Part shown: positions 1 through 7,924 of the stretch, piece after piece
How positions within the stretch are numbered: the stretch's first letter is position 1
Layout of the letters: every line of letters starts with the position of its first letter
Virus record (IMG/VR): IMGVR_UViG_3300020438_000007
Location: 166,740-230,739 of that record
Direction: 5' to 3' (one strand)
Length of the DNA stretch: 64,000 nucleotides
Translations under genes and position numbers: made by a program
Notes under the pieces: generated by a model
Told to the model about the DNA's origin: nothing
Databases searched by the model: none
Seen by the model: only the letters and a program-made list of their open reading frames with translations

Positions 1-205
1 TAGGTGCGAAACCGATAGAAGCGATAGCATTATCAAGCGCAACTCTATCAAGATCGGGATCATCAAAATCAACGCCTGCAGCGTGATCTACACCCCACTC
101 GAGCACCTCATCACAAAAATCTGAGAAATCTTTGCATACCCAAGCAACATTTTCAAAGTTTTCTACTTCTTTGATTCTGTTAATTAATCTGTCTGTTTTA
201 GTCAT
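1..205 (-). CDS. small acidic early protein, 3' end beyond window (MTKTDRLINRIKEVENF...)
   Basis: Manually translated open frame from ATG at 205 to the window edge; preceded by (AAAC)n leader and promoter module 1. Confidence 0.7.
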   Translation of the reverse strand, partial: MTKTDRLINRIKEVENFENVAWVCKDFSDFCDEVLEWGVDHAAGVDFDDPDLDRVALDNAIASIGFAP

Positions 206-232
206 GTTTGTTTGTTTGTTTGTTATACTATT

Positions 233-290
233 ATTATAGGGCATTGAGATTGAATATCAACCCCACTTGTGCCAGTTTGATTAGTGGCAC
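233..290 (-). promoter_or_regulatory. early promoter module 1 (TATAAT + palindrome GTGCCA-GTTTGATTAG-TGGCAC)
   Basis: -10 at 233-238, TTGATA at 255-260, palindrome 269-290. Confidence 0.8.
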
Positions 291-291
291 A

Positions 292-531
292 CTATCGGTT
301 GACTTTCTCCAAGTCACTTAGATAGCATTCCACTGTATGAAACTCATAGTCATTAATGTAAGTTTTAATAACAGCGTAGTCTCTACTTCTATCCAATAAA
401 ACTACATCACCTTCTAGATCATCATGTACGAGCGATTTAACACTAGTGCCTAGTTTGATGTTTGCTGTTACATCTTGACCAATTTTAAGAACATCTTTTT
501 TACATAGTTCTTTGTATTCTTGAATTGTCAT
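292..531 (-). CDS. hypothetical early protein
   Basis: ORF track 292..549; ATG at 531 abuts the stop of the upstream ORF. Confidence 0.65.
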   Translation of the reverse strand: MTIQEYKELCKKDVLKIGQDVTANIKLGTSVKSLVHDDLEGDVVLLDRSRDYAVIKTYINDYEFHTVECYLSDLEKVNR

Positions 532-692
532 TATAGTTGATTCTCCCATACTGTTGATTTAAAACGTCTCACTGCTTTGTCTAACAGTTTAATATCACCA
601 TCGCAGATATCAGCGGCAGACTCATCCTCTACATGAGAGAATGAATTGTTGATATCACCTATGAGAGTGAGTAATGCTTCGTAATTAGTCAT
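531..692 (-). CDS. hypothetical 53-aa early protein (MTNYEALLTLIGD...)
   Basis: Manually translated; directly follows promoter module 2 and an AAAC leader. Confidence 0.65.
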   Translation of the reverse strand: MTNYEALLTLIGDINNSFSHVEDESAADICDGDIKLLDKAVRRFKSTVWENQL

Positions 693-715
693 AGTTGTTT
701 GTTTGTTATACTACT

Positions 716-773
716 ATTATAGTCGATCGAACTAGAATTTAGTCCTTGATTGTGCCACTTTAGCGATTGTCCT
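716..773 (-). promoter_or_regulatory. early promoter module 2 (half-degenerate palindrome)
   Basis: TATAAT 716-721, GTGCCA at 752 (same 30-nt gap); embedded in the 3' end of ORF 732..1004. Confidence 0.6.
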
Positions 774-1004
774 ACTATTCATAAACTGAGCAGGTCTCTT
801 TGTATTACATGTAACAGCATAATTCATATCAAGTAAAATATCAATTTCTTCCGCCATGTTAAACACGTTGATTGCTTCATTTTCGACTGTCTTACCTTTA
901 TAGGTAACCACCTTCAATCTAGTAAGGTTACTAACTTTATTTTGTCCATCTTTGACTTCATAATAGTCAACAACTGTGTTTAGGTTATCAGATTGAAATT
1001 GCAT
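732..1004 (-). CDS. hypothetical early protein
   Basis: 90-aa ORF after promoter module 3. Confidence 0.7.
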   Translation of the reverse strand: MQFQSDNLNTVVDYYEVKDGQNKVSNLTRLKVVTYKGKTVENEAINVFNMAEEIDILLDMNYAVTCNTKRPAQFMNSRTIAKVAQSRTKF

Positions 1005-1029
1005 GATGTTCTTTGTTTGTTATACTATC

Positions 1030-1087
1030 ATTATAGGGCACTGATATGCAATAACAACACTTAGTGTGCCACTAATCAAACTGGCAC
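1030..1087 (-). promoter_or_regulatory. early promoter module 3
   Basis: TATAAT 1030-1035; palindrome GTGCCA-CTAATCAAAC-TGGCAC 1066-1087. Confidence 0.8.
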
Positions 1088-1104
1088 ACTGTTGGTTGAT
1101 TATA

Positions 1105-1377
1105 TCACCAATCTGGGGTAGGTTGCTTTGCCTGTGCTTTTTCGACCTTATCATAGTATTTGTCAACTGAACCCTCTAAGATTTCAAAGATAGTATCAAC
1201 TTCATTTACATAATCATCAAATGGTTCTAATAATTGACCTTTAACTCTGTCCGCTCTGTAATGCTCACTCTTTTTAACACTATCCTCAAGTGAGCATAGG
1301 ATAACACCTATTTGTGCTTCGGTTAGTGTGACTTTGTATAGTGTATTATTCATGGATCCAGTTTCCTTGCTCATCAT
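1105..1377 (-). CDS. hypothetical early protein
   Basis: ORF track; true start may be the internal MNNTLY. Confidence 0.65.
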   Translation of the reverse strand: MMSKETGSMNNTLYKVTLTEAQIGVILCSLEDSVKKSEHYRADRVKGQLLEPFDDYVNEVDTIFEILEGSVDKYYDKVEKAQAKQPTPDW

Positions 1378-1636
1378 AATCTCCTTCAGTAATAGATTCT
1401 AATCCATATGGATCACTATCAATAACGACTGATTGTAAACCTTTATAATCACGTCCCTGTAAACGATAGACTTCTTTCTGTTGTCTCATATCTCGATCGA
1501 GTCTATAACATAATTCTGCATTTAGTGCCATTAATTGACGTTTATCATCACTATGTTCAGAATAATGAAAGTTCATACACTCTAACATGTATTCAAGTTC
1601 AATAATAGTAAATTTCATTTTAGTAGTCTCCTCCAT
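1346..1636 (-). CDS. hypothetical early protein
   Basis: 96-aa ORF in a tightly packed minus-strand run. Confidence 0.65.
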   Translation of the reverse strand: MEETTKMKFTIIELEYMLECMNFHYSEHSDDKRQLMALNAELCYRLDRDMRQQKEVYRLQGRDYKGLQSVVIDSDPYGLESITEGDYDEQGNWIHE

Positions 1637-1796
1637 ATATTTCTTCCATCAACTCATCATAAAGTTTCTTTAGTTTAGTTGCTGTAATACTCTTTGCTTT
1701 ATCATTAATTTTCTCTTCTGTCTTATCATCAAAATTCTTAGCAAGATCTTTGATCTCTTTGATGTAATAACGACAGTCTGATCTTGTTATGGTCAT
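1620..1796 (-). CDS. hypothetical 58-aa early protein (MTITRSDCRYYIKE...)
   Basis: Manually translated; follows promoter module 4 and an AAAC leader. Confidence 0.65.
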   Translation of the reverse strand: MTITRSDCRYYIKEIKDLAKNFDDKTEEKINDKAKSITATKLKKLYDELMEEIYGGDY

Positions 1797-1821
1797 AGAT
1801 TTGTTTGTTTGTTATACTACT

Positions 1822-1879
1822 ATTATAGTAGCATGAGATTCAATAACAACCACGACTATGCCAGTAATTAAACTGGCAC
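1822..1879 (-). promoter_or_regulatory. early promoter module 4
   Basis: TATAAT 1822-1827; ATGCCA-GTAATTAAAC-TGGCAC 1858-1879. Confidence 0.8.
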
Positions 1880-2038
1880 ATCATAGGTTGATTTATTTTT
1901 AAGAACATGCCAATATTCTTCATAAGATAGAGTTTCTTCTTTATCTGTATCGGTATTGAGTACAATATCAAAAGGATAAAAAGCATAATATCTCATATGA
2001 TCATCAACATACTCTTTGATTTGTTTATACTTAGTCAT
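1868..2038 (-). CDS. hypothetical early protein
   Basis: ORF track 1868..2089; likely start MTKYKQ at 2038. Confidence 0.6.
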   Translation of the reverse strand: MTKYKQIKEYVDDHMRYYAFYPFDIVLNTDTDKEETLSYEEYWHVLKNKSTYDVPV

Positions 2039-2318
2039 CAGAACACCCCTTGATAACGCTTTGTATAGTATCGGTAAAATCCTCATCAAAGAATTCTTCG
2101 ATCTCTACCATAGCATCATTAAATGAATGGTCATCTATCCATTTTTGCATATCTTGAGCAACATATACAACTAAATCCTCGACTGACATTCCATCAACGA
2201 CTCGATCGATATAACGCTCTTTAAGAGCATTGAATTGTTTGTCTGTTAGTTTTGTTTTGTTCATAGTGTTAATCATGGATGATAGAATCAAAAATTGTGT
2301 CATCATTAGGGAACTCAT
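2031..2318 (-). CDS. hypothetical acidic early protein
   Basis: ORF track; likely start at the internal MNKTKL. Confidence 0.65.
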   Translation of the reverse strand: MSSLMMTQFLILSSMINTMNKTKLTDKQFNALKERYIDRVVDGMSVEDLVVYVAQDMQKWIDDHSFNDAMVEIEEFFDEDFTDTIQSVIKGCSDD

Positions 2319-2472
2319 TTACCTTAGCAATTGCTGCTGCGGCAACCATGTTCCAGACCTTTTGTCCTGACATTTTCTGATCTTGACAATGGAAAGCAAC
2401 TGTATCCTCTAAGAGTTCAAGCACTTCCATTGACTCATTAAAGAGTTTTTCGTATTCTACAGGGTTCATCAT
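2269..2472 (-). CDS. hypothetical early protein
   Basis: 67-aa ORF, overlaps the stop of the upstream gene. Confidence 0.65.
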   Translation of the reverse strand: MMNPVEYEKLFNESMEVLELLEDTVAFHCQDQKMSGQKVWNMVAAAAIAKVNEFPNDDTIFDSIIHD

Positions 2473-2702
2473 ACAGTCCTCACGAATAGTTTTGAAATGC
2501 GATCGTCAATTTCATTGACTCTCTCATAAACTGATCTGCCTTCGATCAATTCATCTTCTTGCATACTGTCATCATCATAACAACGATAATCTTCAAGTGC
2601 ATTTGAGATAGTGTCCCATTCTCCATCAGTGAAGAATGAGCGAATTGTTTGCAGTTGGTCAAAAGAGAAGTCTCTAACCAGTGATCCTTGACGATTCATC
2701 AT
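2469..2702 (-). CDS. hypothetical acidic early protein
   Basis: 77-aa ORF after promoter module 5. Confidence 0.7.
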   Translation of the reverse strand: MMNRQGSLVRDFSFDQLQTIRSFFTDGEWDTISNALEDYRCYDDDSMQEDELIEGRSVYERVNEIDDRISKLFVRTV

Positions 2703-2728
2703 AAAGTTTGTTTGTTTGTTATGTACTT

Positions 2729-2786
2729 ATTATAGGGCAGTGACTCAAAGAATCAACCACCCTTGTGCCAGTTTGTCTACTGGTCT
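2729..2786 (-). promoter_or_regulatory. early promoter module 5
   Basis: TATAAT 2729-2734; GTGCCA-GTTTGTCTAC-TGGTCT 2765-2786. Confidence 0.75.
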
Positions 2787-3079
2787 AATGCCCATAGACT
2801 TCCACCATCAAAATCGGTAGGGTATCCATAGTTTCTAACTAACATATCTCTAACTCTTTCTCTGTCAAGTGAATCACCATCGCCCCAAGTGAATCTATCA
2901 TTATCCAAATCAGATATCACTTGTAAGTAATCTTCCGTAGCAAGTGTAATGTCACCTTTAGTAACATTCATTTGATAAAGTGCATCATCAGCACCATAGA
3001 ATGAAAAGACATAATCAATAAACTCATCAAGTTGATTGATGTCATATTTTGATTTTCCGATAGCAACGATAGAAGTCAT
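2777..3079 (-). CDS. hypothetical early protein (WGDGDSLDRERVRD motif)
   Basis: 100-aa ORF after promoter module 6. Confidence 0.7.
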   Translation of the reverse strand: MTSIVAIGKSKYDINQLDEFIDYVFSFYGADDALYQMNVTKGDITLATEDYLQVISDLDNDRFTWGDGDSLDRERVRDMLVRNYGYPTDFDGGSLWALDQ

Positions 3080-3104
3080 AAACCTGTTTGTTTGTTATAC
3101 TATC

Positions 3105-3162
3105 ATTATAGGGCAGTGATATTGAATATCAACCGCCCTTGTGCCACTTATTCAACTGTCAC
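3105..3162 (-). promoter_or_regulatory. early promoter module 6
   Basis: TATAAT 3105-3110; GTGCCA-CTTATTCAAC-TGTCAC 3141-3162. Confidence 0.8.
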
Positions 3163-3346
3163 TAGGTACAACCATTTGTGGGATTCCATCTTGAATATCC
3201 GCTAAGTGTCCTAGTTTATGACGAATTTTCCTAAAATTAACGTCAAAATCATCGCTCAACTTGTCAGTAACCCTACAAGGCGTACCTAAGATAAGTTGAA
3301 GCAGAGCGTCACACTCTGCTGCGGTTAGATTTGGGTCATTCATCAT
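3152..3346 (-). CDS. hypothetical early protein
   Basis: 64-aa ORF coupled to the upstream gene. Confidence 0.6.
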   Translation of the reverse strand: MMNDPNLTAAECDALLQLILGTPCRVTDKLSDDFDVNFRKIRHKLGHLADIQDGIPQMVVPSDS

Positions 3347-3825
3347 GCTACCTCGTATAATTCTTTTGGATAATCAGCAGGGATAGTTTCTTTGATAGGT
3401 TTGAATGTATCGTTGAAATCTTTAGTCTCTTTGTTCCAAAAACTGAGACCATAACACTCTAGAGTTCCGTCAAGTTCCTTGACGTAAGCATACTCTCCAC
3501 AACACTTGTCAGTATCCTCAAAGAAGTGAGAGATAGTTTTGTGAAGTTTAGGAGCATTATCATCCATAGACTCACCTCGCTCTGTATAATAGCAAGGTTT
3601 GTACTCTCTACCTTCTAACTCTTCGGGTTCCTTAAGATCCCAACCTGAGTTAGTATAGCAACAACTCATGTTACCACCATCAATAAGTTCAGCGAATTGG
3701 TCTCTAGTATCATAGTGCTTGTTGAGAGTAACTCCCAACCACTGTGGATAACCATCCCAGTGATGATATACTGAAAGGATTGAACCATCAGCAAGGCGAA
3801 GTCCGATTCTTGAATTTGTTGACAT
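3343..3825 (-). CDS. conserved phage hypothetical protein (SVYHHWDGYP motif)
   Basis: 160-aa ORF; N-terminal TxSRIG...YxHWDGYP pattern recognised from other phages. Confidence 0.8.
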   Translation of the reverse strand: MSTNSRIGLRLADGSILSVYHHWDGYPQWLGVTLNKHYDTRDQFAELIDGGNMSCCYTNSGWDLKEPEELEGREYKPCYYTERGESMDDNAPKLHKTISHFFEDTDKCCGEYAYVKELDGTLECYGLSFWNKETKDFNDTFKPIKETIPADYPKELYEVA

Positions 3826-3852
3826 AGTGTGTTGTTTGTTTGTTATGTACTT

Positions 3853-3910
3853 ATTATAGTGTGGTGGGAATGGAAATCAACCACCTGTGTGCCACTAATC
3901 TAAGTGTCAC
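3853..3910 (-). promoter_or_regulatory. early promoter module 7
   Basis: TATAAT 3853-3858; GTGCCA-CTAATCTAAG-TGTCAC 3889-3910. Confidence 0.8.
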
Positions 3911-4164
3911 AGGTCTGCTGGGTCTGAAGGCATCACCTGTGGTACGATCATCAGTTGTAACCTATCAACGACAGCGGGCACTAGATAACTACCATCAAAA
4001 GAGCAAGTTCCGTCATCATTCTTGTTACCTAACTTCTCACAAATTGCATCACTAACTAACTCATATAAAACGTTATGTTTCCTTGGGTTCTGATAAATGT
4101 GTTCAATAACTTCCAATACCAAAGCATCAGCAAGTTTGTTTAATGTCTCTTTAGATAGAGTCAT
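3907..4164 (-). CDS. hypothetical early protein
   Basis: 85-aa ORF with AGGAGG SD upstream. Confidence 0.7.
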   Translation of the reverse strand: MTLSKETLNKLADALVLEVIEHIYQNPRKHNVLYELVSDAICEKLGNKNDDGTCSFDGSYLVPAVVDRLQLMIVPQVMPSDPADL

Positions 4165-4189
4165 TTAGTCCTCCTTTTTGTTTGTGTGG

Positions 4190-4576
4190 TCATTTTCCAA
4201 TTCCCATAGGGTCATCTGATTCGCTCTCTAATTGAGAGACAATTGCACTATCAATTTTGTCTAGTTCTTCTTGATGAAACTTTCTTGTCCATCCATCATT
4301 GTATGATGAATTTGCATTTACCAAATGGTGTGCTCGGTTTCCAATCAAAACATCATTTTCTTCTCTATAATATTCATAAACAAGTTGTTGATATATGTCA
4401 AACAACTCTTGCAATACTACTCCTTCGAGATCAGTCCATGAACCAACGTAGTCAACTTGTGTCTCATCATATCCGCCCTTCTTGAAACTAGGAGCACTAA
4501 AAAAGTGCATATCTGTGTCTATCATGAAGTGATGACCATACTTCTCACTCTCGTAAGTTTTTACATATGTCCTCAT
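4190..4576 (-). CDS. hypothetical early protein
   Basis: 128-aa ORF, ATGA overlap with the upstream gene. Confidence 0.7.
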   Translation of the reverse strand: MRTYVKTYESEKYGHHFMIDTDMHFFSAPSFKKGGYDETQVDYVGSWTDLEGVVLQELFDIYQQLVYEYYREENDVLIGNRAHHLVNANSSYNDGWTRKFHQEELDKIDSAIVSQLESESDDPMGIGK

Positions 4577-4758
4577 TTTGTACCTCCATCAACTGCTATC
4601 ATTTTGTGGTATATGTCATATGAAATATAATCTCTAATATCATTTGAGAGATCAGGGTCATGCTTTGTTTCTACTCTCTCTTTGAGTGAGAAATAAGTCG
4701 GTTCAAATATCTCAAAGAGTCTATTGAACTCGGTATCTGTTAGGTTTAATGTTTTCAT
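4573..4758 (-). CDS. hypothetical early protein
   Basis: 61-aa ORF, coupled overlaps. Confidence 0.6.
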   Translation of the reverse strand: MKTLNLTDTEFNRLFEIFEPTYFSLKERVETKHDPDLSNDIRDYISYDIYHKMIAVDGGTK

Positions 4759-4970
4759 AGGTCAATAGTATGCTCAAGTTTTAGACGTAATAGTGAGTCA
4801 ACAACCGATTCCATAGTTGTCTTAGAGTAACCAACTGCATAGGGATAATCCTTCTTGTAGTCAGCGGCACTCTGTTCCGAAGCACCATAACATACCTCAA
4901 TTGATTCATTGAGTGACATAATTATTGCATCAATAACGTAGGTCGGGATTTCAAGTTTGGGATCTGGCAT
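4755..4970 (-). CDS. hypothetical early protein
   Basis: 71-aa ORF after promoter module 8. Confidence 0.7.
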   Translation of the reverse strand: MPDPKLEIPTYVIDAIIMSLNESIEVCYGASEQSAADYKKDYPYAVGYSKTTMESVVDSLLRLKLEHTIDL

Positions 4971-4991
4971 TGAATTACCTTATATGTTTAT

Positions 4992-5049
4992 ATTATAGTA
5001 TAATAAAATAGGATTGCAACCACTCATGTGACATTTATTCAACTGGCAC
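4992..5049 (-). promoter_or_regulatory. early promoter module 8
   Basis: TATAAT 4992-4997, TTGCAA 5014-5019; GTGACA-TTTATTCAAC-TGGCAC 5028-5049. Confidence 0.8.
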
Positions 5050-5063
5050 ACCCGATGAAGTGA

Positions 5064-6035
5064 TTAAGAGTTGGTAATCACTTCATCTGGTACGCCCCAT
5101 GTCTTTTTCATGTTAAAGTTTGCATAACTGAAGCGTTGACGTTTGACAAGTTTGTATGTACCATATTTGTTAGTCATCACATAACCCTCATGTTCATAGG
5201 GTTGACCATCAATAAGACACTCTACATCTTGTGACGTAGTGATGCCTTGCATCAATAGTTCTTTAACTTCGATAATCATATTGTACAAGTGGAATAGGTT
5301 TTTTGAATATCCTGTATCACTTGCAAGTTGATCTGGGTTAAGTTTCTTGCCTTCCCTCACATAACTGTTGACGATTACCTTTAGTGTTTTCCCTTCCTTG
5401 AGCGTGGGGAACTCGGTGAATCGTACCAACGTGCGAATAAGAATGAGCAAAAATTCGATCTTTGCATTTAAGCGGTTTGATCGGGCGCCCATACTAGCAT
5501 GAGTATCAACTTGATAGTGTCTCAAGTTGGTACAGTCGAGATTCCCATAGTTATTAGTCCTATAATGGAATACTGCATCTAATTCTTGAATAGTTGCACC
5601 AACATATTCAGTATGAGTCGCTACAACCACTGATTGTTTGATTACTTTATCAAATTTGTAGGTGATTGTGTTAGGTTTGTAAGTATCATTACCACCATAA
5701 CCAATGAAGTCGCACTGATATACCCCATGCTCTGTGGGCAGGGTCTCAAGACAAGTGTGTAGAATACTTGCTACGTTTGGGATGTTCCCATGATTAGTTT
5801 CAATGTCATCATGAGTATAGTTTATCTTGATCTTTTTCTTATTGAATACTGATTTAGTACCAACAAAGAATCTACCATTCTCAGGGTTGACTCCATAGAC
5901 GACAGCGGGGGCACCATCATATTTGACTGATATTTGATTTCTCTTGCTCTTCAGAAACTTGATCACATCAACAGCACCCTCCTTACCAAGGGTCAGGATG
6001 CTGTCCTCTGGGTGTTCTAGGTGTTTGTTCTTCAT
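5064..6035 (-). CDS. putative ATP-dependent ligase-like nucleotidyltransferase (adenylation domain only)
   Basis: Motif I KYDG, motif IV EGYV, motif V-like YKLVKR; start MKNKHLEHPED at 6035 follows promoter module 9. Confidence 0.55.
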   Translation of the reverse strand: MKNKHLEHPEDSILTLGKEGAVDVIKFLKSKRNQISVKYDGAPAVVYGVNPENGRFFVGTKSVFNKKKIKINYTHDDIETNHGNIPNVASILHTCLETLPTEHGVYQCDFIGYGGNDTYKPNTITYKFDKVIKQSVVVATHTEYVGATIQELDAVFHYRTNNYGNLDCTNLRHYQVDTHASMGARSNRLNAKIEFLLILIRTLVRFTEFPTLKEGKTLKVIVNSYVREGKKLNPDQLASDTGYSKNLFHLYNMIIEVKELLMQGITTSQDVECLIDGQPYEHEGYVMTNKYGTYKLVKRQRFSYANFNMKKTWGVPDEVITNS

Positions 6036-6041
6036 ACTACC

Positions 6042-6099
6042 ATTATACACCATGCCAACAGGAAAACAACCCTCTCTGTACCAGTTTGTAGACTGTCAC
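6042..6099 (-). promoter_or_regulatory. early promoter module 9
   Basis: TATAAT 6042-6047; GTACCA-GTTTGTAGAC-TGTCAC 6078-6099. Confidence 0.75.
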
Positions 6100-6404
6100 A
6101 CAAAGAATTGTTCTAGTGGGGTCAAGTTAAGTTTCATTGCAGTATAGGGCGAAGTGTCCTCTATTGAGACTTCTTTACCTATTCTATTTGAATTGATGGG
6201 GGCGTAGTAAGCGTGCGTACTGCTTCTCTTTGTTCTCTTATGCTTGACGAATCCCCAGATACAACGAGATTCATCACCATCATTATAGAGAAACCTATAG
6301 TCAGATACAGTCCAGATAGCATCCACATTAGTTTTAAATTGTATCGACTCATAGCGGTATCCTTTAGGTGGTTGGTGAATAAAATCGTCTGGAAGTGCGG
6401 TCAC
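6096..6404 (-). CDS. conserved cyanophage hypothetical protein
   Basis: 102-aa ORF; F.H..P.GY.YE...CIWGF...YAPINS...TxPYTAM pattern. Confidence 0.75.
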   Translation of the reverse strand: MTALPDDFIHQPPKGYRYESIQFKTNVDAIWTVSDYRFLYNDGDESRCIWGFVKHKRTKRSSTHAYYAPINSNRIGKEVSIEDTSPYTAMKLNLTPLEQFFV

Positions 6405-6490
6405 AATTTATCAGTTAAAAGATTGTGGGAGAGATTCGACTTAAAGAGCATTTTCCACTGGGGTCGCTCACTCTTGCCTCCCACATTTAT

Positions 6491-6548
6491 ATAATAATCC
6501 ATTGGGATAGGATTACAACCAGTAGTGTGCCAGTTTATTATATGTCAC
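6491..6548 (-). promoter_or_regulatory. early promoter module 10
   Basis: -10 TATTAT 6491-6496; GTGCCA-GTTTATTATA-TGTCAC 6527-6548. Confidence 0.7.
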
Positions 6549-6729
6549 ATTCGGGGTTGAGAAATTGTCTATTTCGCTTTACCTTAGTAGTTGAAATATC
6601 AATTAGGTCTTCTAACTCTTCAATAGAATTAGATAGGTTATCATCATCTTTCTCTTCAGAATAGAAAAATAATGCTTCACTTAACAAGTTGAATTGCTTG
6701 TCAGTTAGTGTTACATCGATCTTATACAT
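6538..6729 (-). CDS. hypothetical protein
   Basis: 63-aa ORF. Confidence 0.65.
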   Translation of the reverse strand: MYKIDVTLTDKQFNLLSEALFFYSEEKDDDNLSNSIEELEDLIDISTTKVKRNRQFLNPECDI

Positions 6730-6730
6730 C

Positions 6731-7342
6731 TTACCTCATAGGTATGTTAAATGACATGATTGTCCTCTGTTTATCTGATTTAGATACTGGCGATTCATGT
6801 AACAATACAGAGGGGAAAGTTAGAATCTCACCTTCATTTACTGAAGGCGCAACCTTATCTATTGTACCATAAAAAGGGTTAGGATTAGGACTATAAAATG
6901 TAGTGGGAAAGTGCTCTTCTGCATCAAATTCAACATATAATACACATGATATATTCATTAAACCATGATTGTGGGCACCATGATATTGTCCTCTGTCATA
7001 TCTCTGTGACCATAGTTGCCAATCCTCAATACCTTTGAAAGGGCAATCTCCTCTATATCTATCATTCAATATCTGTGTGTATTCATTAACTAACCTATCT
7101 AAATCAGTTTCCAATATCTCATAAAACTCCATAAGATATGGTGCTGAAGTCTGATACTTATAGTAATCAGTCTGGCACTCATAATCTTGTTTAAAGTAAT
7201 CAAACTCTTGAAGATCATCACCAGTAAAATCCATTAGATTTAAGAGTTTAGATTTCTTGTCACTCCAATCATCTACCACAAACTTAGTGATAGGGAACCC
7301 AAATAGATTTAGAGATTGACCGTTCATTTCTTGTGATTTCAT
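6731..7342 (-). CDS. putative 2OG-Fe(II) oxygenase, TIGR02466-like (HxH type)
   Basis: HGAHNH...SCVLYV...FPSVLLHES...RTIMSFN. Confidence 0.8.
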   Translation of the reverse strand: MKSQEMNGQSLNLFGFPITKFVVDDWSDKKSKLLNLMDFTGDDLQEFDYFKQDYECQTDYYKYQTSAPYLMEFYEILETDLDRLVNEYTQILNDRYRGDCPFKGIEDWQLWSQRYDRGQYHGAHNHGLMNISCVLYVEFDAEEHFPTTFYSPNPNPFYGTIDKVAPSVNEGEILTFPSVLLHESPVSKSDKQRTIMSFNIPMR

Positions 7343-7620
7343 TTTCTGTCTTGAGAACCCTTGCCACCACTAGACCAAAGACCTGTTTTTTCCATAATTC
7401 TGTCCGTCAGGTGTGTTTGGTCATCCATCCCACTCTCGTTATGGAAAAAAGACTAAGTGTCATCCTAGAAGTTCATTTGTGCTTATAGTTCTTTCTTGAT
7501 TTGCGCCTTGGTTTTATACCCTTGTCTCTCTTCAACTCTGCTTTAAGTTTCTTTAGAAATTTCAAGTGATCAGGATACACCAATCTCATCAGATCCTTTT
7601 TAGTCTGTCTCGATTCTTTA

Positions 7621-7887
7621 CTAATCTCTGTCCACCTCAACATCATTTATGTCCTGAAATGTAATGTTTGCGATGTCCGAATCAGTCCAATCTGTGATAT
7701 CATCAAGGAATAAGTCGGTATCATCAAAATCATCTGCCTCGATCATCATTTCCTGTACTAATGCCTCAGCGTCCTCAAGTCGAACTTTATCCACCAAACT
7801 ACTCATCTGTGTGGCGAATTGCTCTTCCATGACTGAAAGGCATTGTGCTCTGATCTTGTCAATTTGTGCCATTGGTTTAATTACCAT
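7621..7887 (-). CDS. highly acidic small protein
   Basis: 88 aa, 24 D/E versus 6 K/R; TTGCAA-17-TATAAT promoter directly upstream. Confidence 0.7.
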   Translation of the reverse strand: MVIKPMAQIDKIRAQCLSVMEEQFATQMSSLVDKVRLEDAEALVQEMMIEADDFDDTDLFLDDITDWTDSDIANITFQDINDVEVDRD

Positions 7888-7924
7888 GTAGTTTAATTAT
7901 ACTATAATGTTAAGTTATTTGCAA

